Source: Eledone cirrhosa
Lineage: Eukaryota
Assembly (NCBI GenBank): GCA_964016885.1
Contig: OZ024764.1
Location: 20,770,001-20,834,000 of the forward strand
Reading direction: 5' to 3'
Length of the DNA stretch: 64,000 nucleotides
The notes under the pieces are model-generated. The model made no database searches and was not told the DNA's origin. It worked only from the letters and a program-made list of their open reading frames with translations. Both the position numbers and the translations under genes were made by a program. Shown in pieces: positions 54,134 through 64,000 of this stretch (its first letter is position 1; each line of letters begins with the position of its first letter).

Positions 54134-56390
54134 TTCTCTCTCAACTCATCTATGCTTGGTCGTTGATGCACATTGACATTGCACATCCAACGGAGCATAC
54201 TTGCTTCATTTCTCTCCAGCCATCGCATATCCTCCACAGTTGCTGTCCATGTCTCACTACCATGCAGCATCACACATCTCACGCAGGCATCACCAGCCAT
54301 TCATTCTTAGGGAGAAACCCTTCTTTGTCAACAGAGGAAGCAGCTCCCTAAATGTCTTCCAACCTGTCCTTATTCTAGATACTATGGTCTCACAACACCC
54401 TCCCCCCTTGTGCTAATCTGATCACCTAGGTATCAGAAGCTATCAACCACCTCTGTAGATCCTACCTGCATTTGAAAAATGTGTCTCACTGCAACTTCTA
54501 CTGTCAAATTTCCCTGTACATCTACTGCATATGTAGTTTTGCGTACCTGTTAGTTTGCCTGCTATCCCACTACATTTCTTGTGTACCCAAAATCTGCATT
54601 GTGTACATTATAGAATTTATGCCAGTTCCTTTTCTACATATTGAACAAGGCCATTTCCCTGATGGAATGACAGTTTTGTCCTCTTTTCTATTCATCAACA
54701 CTTTAGTCTTAGCTAGGTTCACTCTCAGTCCTCTTGATTCCAACTGCTGTTGCAATAGCCAGAATTTATTCTCTAGCTCCTCTCCTGATTCTGCTATAAG
54801 AACCATATCGTCAGCATAGAGAAGTTCCCATGGGCACCTAGTCTTAAACTCCTCTGTTATGACTTGGAGGACTATAATGAACAAGAGCGGGCTGAGGACC
54901 GAAACCTGATGTACTCCTGCATCTGTAATTCCTCACTAAACTCCATGCCTACCCTCACTTTACTGACAGCACCTCTGTACATAGCTTGCACTGTCTTCAC
55001 AAGCCATTCCTCTACACCTAGTTTCCTTAGGGACCACCAGATGACAGATTGGGGTACTCTATCAAAGGCCTTCTCTAGGTCAACAAAAACTAAGTATAGT
55101 GGTTTTCTTCTCTAAGAACCTCTCTTGTAGTTGTCTCACTAAGAAGAGGGCATCTGTTTGACTCTTTCTCTAAGTTGCGCTAGTATTCTTTCTGTCACTT
55201 TCATAACCTGATCCATCAGTTTTATGCCCTTATAATTACTCCCCTCCAGAACATCCCCTTTACCTTTACCTCAATTTATGAGAATACTGCTGCACCAGTC
55301 TTTGGGTATGACACCACCATATATAGCTTGATTAATGATGCATGCAACCAGTTTAATTCCTACTTCTCTTGATGCCTTCAGCATCTTAGCAACTATCCCC
55401 AACAGTCCAGCGGACTTACCATTTTCATTTCCTTAATTGGACCCTATAGTCGTCAATCTCAATAGCTGGTCCTTCTGTCGGGTCTTCTGAAGGTAGTTTC
55501 TCTCCTATTCATTCTCCACATTCATCAGTCTCTCATAATGACATTTCCAGGCCTCCTTTTTTTTGAGAATCAGTGACACTAAGTGCACCAACATCCTGAT
55601 TTACACTGACACACTGCCTTGCAATGTGGATCACCGCACATCTCTGATCTCCCCATCGCAGGACATTGGCAAACCTTCTACTCTCAGCCTCCCTGCATGT
55701 TAAGTAGGCCTGACATCTAGCTTCTCTCTTAGCGGCTGTGAATCGGTCTCTACCCCTACCATTTTCCAAGCCTTTTGTCTCTAATGGCTCTATCTACCTT
55801 GCTGTTCCACCACCAGGTCACTCTCTGTCTGGTTGGAGCTCTGCTCCAGCCACAGGTTTCAGTAACCTGCAGTAAGTTGTTACGTAAGAAATTCCAGTTA
55901 TCATCTATGTCATACGACTCTAAATCGTCTTCCTTTTAGTCATACACATCTTGAAGGGCTTTCCTGAATTCATATTTTAGTGAAAGGTCTTTTAGTTTCC
56001 AGACCTTCCTTTTTCACACTTTCTTGTATGTCTCACTTTGTCTCTTGCTTACTGAGATGTCACTAACGAATTACCTATGTTGGGGGGGTTACACTGTTCC
56101 TTGGGATATGCCTTAGTATTTGGCACCATCTGTCTCTCTTACTACCTAACTAGGACGAAGTCAATCTGTCTCATGTGCACACCTGATTGGTAGGTAATTA
56201 GGTGGTTGGTAGGTTTCTTTAAGTATTGCAAATGGTTAGTTCACTTGCATCACAAAATACAAGAAGCCTCACTCCTTCTTCATTTCTTGAGCCATAACCA
56301 TGACCACCATGTACCCCAGTGTATCCATCCTGGAGCTGTCCAACATGACCATTGAAGTCCCCTGCTATTATAACTAGGTCTCTGTCATTG
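54134..56390 (-). mobile_element. Degraded RTE LINE of a related subfamily (APE-RT-PHD region)
   Basis: Minus strand: [57 protein letters not shown]; many frameshifts. Confidence 0.85.
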
Positions 56391-56419
56391 AGGTTATCTC
56401 TACTTATTCTTTTTCTACA

Positions 56420-56723
56420 TATGGAGCAGGGCTACTTTCCTGAAGGGGTCAGGGTCTTCTCTCCTATCCATTAGCACTTTAGTTTTGGCTAAGTATATTC
56501 TCAGAACTTACCATTTCAAATTCTATATCTATAGTTGGTCATCTACATAGAGAAGTTTCCATAGACAGCCAGTCTTAAACCTCTCTGTTATGGCTTGGAG
56601 AACTATGATGAACAACAGTGGGCTAAGAACTAAACCATGATGAACTCCTACCTGTACCTTCAATTCTTCACTAGACACTTTACTGACAGCTTCTCACAAC
56701 CCATTCTTCTACACCTAATTTCT
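56420..56723 (-). mobile_element. Further degraded RTE RT fragment
   Basis: Minus strand [38 protein letters not shown]. Confidence 0.75.
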
Positions 56724-56727
56724 TTAA

Positions 56728-56935
56728 CCTTTTAGTATATAAACTGGCCATATCTGGCCAGAATTCTCTCACATCTTTCTGTTCAAACTGGCTGTAACTG
56801 GTCACTTATACTTATGTTAAGGTATTGTTCTCAAAATAAGTAACATCAAAATCTCATAGATTTGATATTATGTGAGATAAAGCATTTACTGTGAAAATAT
56901 AATAGTAAATATAGAGTAATGTGAATACTAAAGGG
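56728..56935. mobile_element. piggyBac-like MITE with TTAA target duplication
   Basis: TTAA|CCTTTTAGTAT ... ATACTAAAGGG|TTAA. Confidence 0.75.
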
Positions 56936-56945
56936 TTAATCTGAG

Positions 56946-57895
56946 GTCACTAATAACTACTTTTATCAGTCAGTTTAATCTACTGCCACTAATAACTACT
57001 TTTATCAGTCACTTTAATCTAATGTCACTAATAACTACTTTTATCAGTCAGTTTAATCTAATGTCACTAATAACTACTTTTATCAGTCAGTTTAATCTAA
57101 TCTCACTAATAACTACTTTTATCAGTCAGTCTAATCTAATGTCACTAATAACTACTTTTATCAGTCAGTTTAATCTACTGCCACTAATAACTACTTTTAT
57201 CAGTCACTTTAATCTACTGTCACTAATAACTACTTTTATCAGTCAGTTTAATCTAATGTCACTAATAACTACTTTTATCAGTCAGTATAATCTAATGTCA
57301 CTAATAACTACTTTTATCAGTCAGTATAATCTAATGTCACTAATAACTACTTTTATCAGTCAGTATAATCTAATGTCACTAATAACTACTTTTATCAGTC
57401 AGTTTAATCTAAAGTCACTAATAACTACTTTTATCAGTCAGTATAATCTAATGTCACTAATAACTACTTTTATCAGTCAGTATAATCTAATGTCACTAAT
57501 AACTACTTTTATCAGTCAGTTTAATCTAATGTCACTAATAACTACTTTTATCAGTCAGTATAATCTAAAGCCACTAATAACTACTTTTATCAGTCAGTAT
57601 AATCTAAAGTCACTAATAACTACTTTTATCAGTCAGTTTAATCTAATGTCACTAATAACTACTTTTATCAGTCAGTATAATCTAAAGTCACTAATAACTA
57701 CTTTTATCAGTCAGTTTAATCTAATGTCACTAATAACTACTTTTATCAGTCAGTATAATCTAATGTCACTAATAACTACTTTTATCAGTCAGTATAATCT
57801 AACGTCACTAATAACTACTTTTATCAGTCAGTTCAATCTAATGTCACTAATAACTACTTTTATCAGTCAGTTTAATCTAATGTCACTAATAACTA
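56946..57895. repeat. Short array (~24 units) of the same 39-bp repeat
   Basis: Same consensus and the same right junction (TAATAACTA|ACCTATG) as at 36809. Confidence 0.98.
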
Positions 57896-58039
57896 ACCTA
57901 TGTTAGGCAGCACATTCTTCACCAAAGAAGGCCTTAGTATTTATTAGAGTCCATTTATCAATATAGAAATATTATATGACATTTGTACTGATGTATTACA
58001 AGTTTCTGAGTATCTTATAATGTTCTTTTATTATTTCAG

Positions 58040-58851
58040 AATACCAGAGGACATTGGCATTAAAGAGCACGTTACATCAGACATATCCTCAATATTTACC
58101 ATTTCTAAAATATTACCCATCATTTTCAAATAATTTTGAAAACACTCAACACTTTGAAGGGATTTAATAATATAACTAAATTTCTCAGTATTAAGCTGCT
58201 ATTTGGAACATAACTTTGCACAATTTCATGAAGTTACAATGGAAAGTTTTTAGATAAATATAAAGACTGGTATGAAAATGATAAAACACTTTTATATCAG
58301 TTGTTTCATCAACACCATTATTTAAAGACTAAAGGAAGCTGTTATACAGAACAGATACAACCTTGTTTATATAAATCTATGGGAGAAATACTGGGAAATA
58401 TTTCTTGTAAACTCAATAACACTTCTATTCTTTGCTGTCTGGAATATGTAGAAGATACAAAATAAAGCAGAAGAAATTTACACATGATTTTGTAAGATCT
58501 TCATATATTGACAAAGATGATAGTTGATGGAACTACAGGAGTAGAAATATTTCCATTATTACAGGAATAACTAATCAAATAAAAACCAAAAAAATTAGAT
58601 TCTTCACTGTCTGGAAAATGTACAAGATGATTTTATATGTATATTAAACTTGAAGAGATCTACAAAACAGTTCGTATCATCTTTAAATATAAAGAAAGAC
58701 CAAGTTGATGGAAATATATCTGGAGGAATATGTTTTAGGAATAACATTATAAACATAAAGAAGAAAAATATCCATATATTGACAGAAGAAAAATATTAAA
58801 ACTGTGAATTATGTGTGAAACTGAGGTGATTGATATCTTTTAGTAGGAGTT
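58040..58851 (+). other. Putative 5'UTR part of the ZNF gene 2 coding exon
   Basis: TTCTTTTATTATTTCAG|AATACC at 58039; paralog of 36954-37770. Confidence 0.6.
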
Positions 58852-60303
58852 ATGTCGAAAAATATAGTAAAATCACCATTCCACTGTGATATCTGTGGCA
58901 AATCATTCTCTCGTAGTAATCAGCTAACTACTCACAAACGTATTCATACAGGAGAGAAGCCTTATAAGTGTGATATCTGTAACAAATCATTCAGTCACAG
59001 TAGTAGCGTCAGAGTTCACAAACAAATTCATACAGGAGAGAAGCCATATCACTGTGACATCTGCGGTAATTCATTCTCTCAGAGTAATCACCTAACTACT
59101 CACAAATATATTCATACAGGAGAGAAACCATATCACTGTGACATCTGTGGTAAATCATTCTCTCATAGTCATCACCTAACTACTCACAAACATATTCATA
59201 CAGGAGAGAAGCCATATCACTGTGACATCTGTGGTAAATCATTCTCTCAGAGTCAGCACCTAACTACTCACAAACGTATTCATACAGGAGAGAAACCATA
59301 TCATTGTGACATCTGTGGTAAATCATTCTCTCATAGTAATCACCTAACTACTCACAAACGTATTCATACAGGAGAGAAGCCTTATAAGTGTGATATCTGT
59401 AACAAATCATTCAGTCACAGTAGTAGCGTCAGAGTTCACAAACAAATTCATACAGGAGAGAAGCCATATCACTGTGACATCTGCGGTAAATCATTCTCTG
59501 ACAGAAGTAGCTTTGTTAAACACCATCGTATTCATACAGGAGAGAAACCATATCACTGTGACATCTGTAGTAAATCATTCTCCTACAGAAGTAGCTTTGT
59601 TAAACACCATCGTATTCATACAGGAGAGAAGCCATATCACTGTGACATCTGTGGTAAATCATTCTCTCAGAGTCATCACCTAACTACTCACAAACGTATT
59701 CATACAGGAGAGAAGCCATATCATTGTGACATCTGTGGTAAATCATTTTCTCGTAGTCACCTAACTACTCACAAACGTATTCATACAGGAGAGAAGCCAT
59801 ATCACTGTGATATCTGTGATAAATCATTCTCTCATAGTAAAACCTTATCTACCCACAAATGTACTCATACAGGAGGGAGGCCATATCACTGTGATGTCTG
59901 TGATAAATCATTCTCTCAGCATAAAACCTTAACTATCCACAAACGTACTCATACAGGAGAGAAGCCATATCACTGTGACATCTGTGGTAAATCATTCTCT
60001 CATAGTAATACCTTAGCTATCCACAAACGTACTCATACAGGAGAGAAGCCATATCATTGTGACATCTGTGGTAAATCATTCGCTGACAGAACTAGCTTAG
60101 CTACCCACAAACGTACTCATACAGGAGAGAAGCCATATCACTGTGACATCTGTGGTAAATCATTCTCTCATAGTAATACCTTAGCTACCCACAAACGTAC
60201 TCATACAGGCGAGAAGCCATATCCCTGTGACATCTGTGGTAAATCATTCAGTCACCGTAGTAACTTAACTACCCACAAACGTACTCATACAGGAGTACTC
60301 TGA
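58852..60303 (+). CDS. C2H2 zinc-finger protein, 17 tandem fingers
   Basis: Intact 483-aa ORF with TGEKP-linked fingers; same N-terminus [15 protein letters not shown] as gene 1. Confidence 0.93.
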   Translation: MSKNIVKSPFHCDICGKSFSRSNQLTTHKRIHTGEKPYKCDICNKSFSHSSSVRVHKQIHTGEKPYHCDICGNSFSQSNHLTTHKYIHTGEKPYHCDICGKSFSHSHHLTTHKHIHTGEKPYHCDICGKSFSQSQHLTTHKRIHTGEKPYHCDICGKSFSHSNHLTTHKRIHTGEKPYKCDICNKSFSHSSSVRVHKQIHTGEKPYHCDICGKSFSDRSSFVKHHRIHTGEKPYHCDICSKSFSYRSSFVKHHRIHTGEKPYHCDICGKSFSQSHHLTTHKRIHTGEKPYHCDICGKSFSRSHLTTHKRIHTGEKPYHCDICDKSFSHSKTLSTHKCTHTGGRPYHCDVCDKSFSQHKTLTIHKRTHTGEKPYHCDICGKSFSHSNTLAIHKRTHTGEKPYHCDICGKSFADRTSLATHKRTHTGEKPYHCDICGKSFSHSNTLATHKRTHTGEKPYPCDICGKSFSHRSNLTTHKRTHTGVL

Positions 60304-61377
60304 CAGTAGTACCTTAACCAAGCATGTGTGTATTCATACAGAAGTTTAGCTGTATCAATATCAAACTCATTACATCATACTACAACAACAACAACAATTG
60401 TGTAGATCCATCATCCTGGCTAAAACTGGGGTCAACCTTGTAGGTTTTACCTAGGACAGGGATCATAAACACCAGGTTTCCATTTTTGAAGCGGTGTTTG
60501 AAGATTTTGTGTAAATTAAAGTTTTTCACATTAAACTTTGATTTATTATACTTTAACAGGTAAGATATATATTTGTATTTTTAGTAAAGGTTGGGAACTT
60601 CTGTAATTTAAACCTGCCAATAAAATGAAAACTTTTGTTGTTGCTAGTCTGACATTGATATTAATTCTATTGTCCTGTACATTGTCTCAAATATCACAGA
60701 TTAAACAGATTTTAACAATAACAACAGAAATCAATAACTTGTAAGCCTAATATCTAGCTTCCATTTTAACTATTTGATATTGTTGTTCCTCTCCTATCTC
60801 TTCAGGTCTTTTAGATTTCAACTTCTATCTACTGTACTATTCCATCACCAAGGCAACATTCATTTTGCTGGCAGCTTACATCAACTACAGATCTCATCAG
60901 TGGTTCACAACAGGCTGTCTGAAAGAAACTTGCAGATATCTTCTATATCATAGCTATCAATCTCCTCCTCCTTATCATATGTACCACTCTCACAGTCCCT
61001 CTAGATCTTATATTTAACAGGGAGATCTTTTACTCTCCAACCCTTCTATCTCCAGATTGTCTTGTATCTGTCAGTCCCTCTAGATCTTACACCTAGTATC
61101 TAGTCTATGTTGAGTGGTACGTCCTTCTCCAGTAAAGGAGTTAATATTCCCAACCATCTGTCTATCCTGTTTTCTGATGAGAATGAAGTGAATCTAGTTT
61201 ATCTCTTCACCTGATTGAAGTAACTAGATCAAGTAACTAGATGGTTTCCTGTAAGTTAGTGTTGCAGTGTTTGTGTCCACATGTAAGGTTTATATCTATT
61301 TTATATAGAGATGTAGTAAAGTTTTCACTGTTGTATCTCTATTTTCTAAATATCTAAATTTTTCTCTACTATTTCAG

Positions 61378-61765
61378 AATATCACAGGACCTTGACAGAA
61401 AAGAGTCTTTTAAAGACAACAGACAGATGTTACATACATGTGATATAAACTTGTTTAGTCTGTGGTGAATTATGGTGAAATATTTCTTCTGAATTGTGAT
61501 AAATAACAACATTTTCCTTTTTCACTGTCTGGAATATTTACAAGATGATTTTACATTCTCATTAAACTTTGTATATCTACAAAGGAGTTTTCAAAATATT
61601 TGGATATTGACAAAGATCACATTTGATAAAGTTATGAACAATAGAAATATTTACATCAACATAGGAATATTTTCCAGAAGAGATGGGAAAATCATTATAC
61701 CACTGTAATATTTGTGGTAAACTATTCTCTCTTCTTTATATGTAGAACATCTAACTAAACACTTT
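61378..61765 (+). pseudogene. Relic ZNF exon (paralog of 40238-40620)
   Basis: Acceptor at 61377; ATG 61683 reads MGKSLYHCNICGKLFSLLYM*. Confidence 0.75.
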
Positions 61766-61873
61766 AACTAACAAACTATTGTGCTATAGAATTGACAAAC
61801 TTGAACAATGTTTAATAAATGTTACAGATTTCTCCAAACTGTCGTTTACTAACTTTAATTTGAAGCTATATTA

Positions 61874-62266
61874 TCTATATACTACTAAAACTCTGTGATT
61901 GTGTCTTGTCCGTAATTTAATACAGCTAAAACAGTGCATAATGGGGAAATACTTTGAAAAGAATAAAACAAGTTTTGTATAAAATGGAGCACAGGTTCCC
62001 AAGATACGGGGTTTTCTGGGTACCTTCATAAATATAGGGAGAGAAAGAGATAGTGGTTGTGAGAGTGAGGAGACAGATGGAAGAGAGAGAGAGAGAGCTG
62101 CTGGTGTTGTTTAATAAAATGTCTGCGTATATATATATACATATGTGTCTATATATATATATATATGTCTGTATATTTTAACTATTTGAACATTATTTTT
62201 AAGTGAACATGATTTTAAAATAATAGTTTTAAGGGAACGTGACCCAACAGGTCGCGAGTGGTCTAG
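61874..62266 (+). mobile_element. Complete non-autonomous Helitron (~393 bp)
   Basis: A|TC...CTAG|T termini, no TSD, subterminal hairpin CGTGACC-CAACA-GGTCGCG, internal GA/TA microsatellites. Confidence 0.75.
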
Positions 62267-62670
62267 TTTGTTACTAAATACTAGATATTAGAGGGTCATG
62301 TTGTTCTAGATGTGCTGGAAGAGCCATTCCATCTTGTGAGGCTCACACCAGCAGCTAGCCACCTCAGCACCTATGGTGGTATATTTATTATATTATTTAT
62401 TCTTTACCATTAACATTAATATAAAAGATAATTATATATTTTTAGAGAAGAACCTCTAATTTCATATAGCTTAGGGCTTCAGTAGGTAAAAGTCTGGCCC
62501 TGCTTGTCCTGTATTTTTTAGGGGAGAAGTTAGGGAATACTGTTATTGTGTGAAAGTTTTCTAAATCTTCAGCCACTAACATGGAGAAGATATTTCAGTA
62601 AGAAGGTTCACATCCTGACATCTATAGCTGTTAACAATGAGATTGGAATTCATTATTAAACAAATGTTAT

Positions 62671-63455
62671 ATCATCATCACTGTTTAACATCAGTTTTTT
62701 CACACTGGCATGGGTTAGACGAGTTATCCTGTTGTAAGCAAGGCCAGGTCAGGTGATCACGTGTTGCTTCTACAGATCAAATTTTGGATTGGTTTCTACA
62801 GCTGGATGCATCAACCTTATTTACATTAAGTACTGGGTGCATTTTACCATTTCACCATCACGACCACTTTACAGTGTGGGCTGGGTGCTTTTTGTTATGA
62901 CAGCTACATGACCACTTTAAAGTGTGCGTTGGGTGCTTTTTGTTGTGACACCTACATGACCACTTTACAGTTTGGACTGGGTACTTTTTGTTGTGACACC
63001 TACATGACCACTTTACAGTGTGGGCTGGGTGCTTTTTGCCGTGACACCTACGCAACCGCTTTACAGTGTGGGCTGGGTGCTTTTTGCCGTGACACCTACG
63101 CAACCGCTTTACAGTGTGGGCTGGTTTCTTTTTGTCATATCACCTACATAACCGCCTTATAGTGTTGGCTGTGTGTTCTTTGCAGTGTGGGTTGGGGGCT
63201 TTTTGTCATATCACCTACATGACCACCTTATAATGTTGACTGTGTGTTCTTTGCAGTGTGGGCTGGTTTCTTTTTGTCATATCACCTACATGACCACCTT
63301 ATAGTGTTGGCTGTGTGTTCTTTGCGGTGTGGGCTGGTTTCTTTTTGTCTTATCACCTACATGACCACCTTATAATGTTGACTGTGTGTTCTTTGCAGTG
63401 TGGGCTGGTTTCTTTTTGTCATATCACCTACCCAACCACTTTGCAGTGTGGGCAG
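62671..63455 (-). mobile_element. RTE-related/SINE-like element with 48-bp units that switch to 71-bp units
   Basis: Paralog of 41003-41900; CATATCACCTAC (one variant) recurs at 63136, 63207, 63278, 63349, 63420. Confidence 0.75.
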
Positions 63456-63489
63456 TGAAATATCAGTAATGCACCAGCTCCAATATTCA

Positions 63490-63995
63490 GTAATCAGAAG
63501 AAGGGAGGTAGGCATAAAAGCCAAACTTGCTGTCTTCAATTAGATTTTTGTGCCAACCCTTACCTATGGTCACATATCTTGGGTAATGACCAAAATAATA
63601 TGATTGGGAATACAAATGGCAGATATGGGATTCCTCTGAAGGGTCTTTGAAGGAACTTTTCTCAATAAAGTGCATAGCTCTGAGATCAGAGAGTCACTCC
63701 AGGTGGAGCTGTTACTTCTCCTAATTGAGAGATCACAGCTGCAATACTATGGCCATGTGGTTAGAATGTCTGAGGAAAGAATCACTGGATAGATTTTACA
63801 GGCAAAACTAACCGGCAGGAGACCCAGGGGTAGACCTGAGCAAGATGGTCACATAACATCCATGAGCTTGGCTGGTCTCTCTGGGAGATCCAGCCAGATC
63901 AGTTGGAGTGGGTTGCTTCTGACAGGACCTGTTGAAGGGAGTGTTTGAGGACTCTGCACCCAAGACCCTTTATTGAATAAGTGGGTTAATAAGAA
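63490..63995 (+). mobile_element. 3' fragment of a different RTE (Rex3/Expander-like) LINE
   Basis: KAKLAVF..IFVPTLTYGH..WVMT, IERSQLQYYGHVVRM, GRRPRGRP; stops and frameshifts. Confidence 0.7.
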
Positions 63996-64000
63996 GAGGT

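Overview
AT-rich metazoan genomic DNA, most likely an octopus or other coleoid cephalopod. This is inferred from the [12 protein letters not shown]-type C2H2 arrays and the RTE/(GAT)n-tailed repeats. The window holds two tandemly duplicated C2H2 zinc-finger gene units about 21.1 kb apart (13 fingers at 37771-38883, 17 fingers at 58852-60303). Each unit reads: 39-bp tandem repeat, splice acceptor, ~0.8-kb 5'UTR, single-exon ZNF ORF, degenerate single-finger relic exon. The 39-bp repeat has ~24 units upstream of gene 2 but >800 units (>31 kb, running off the left edge) with ~5.9-kb higher-order structure upstream of gene 1. A young, intact RTE-clade LINE (APE+RT+PHD-like finger, with nested tandem 5' monomers) is inserted into the large array. 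Between the two genes lie a decayed Tigger/pogo element, a Gypsy LTR element, a candidate promoter and first exon for gene 2, MITEs, non-autonomous Helitrons, a maT/mariner fragment, SINE pieces and several RTE fragments. The long 'MSLITTFISQYNL' ORFs are translations of the satellite, not genes. Coordinates were read by eye and may be off by a few bases.
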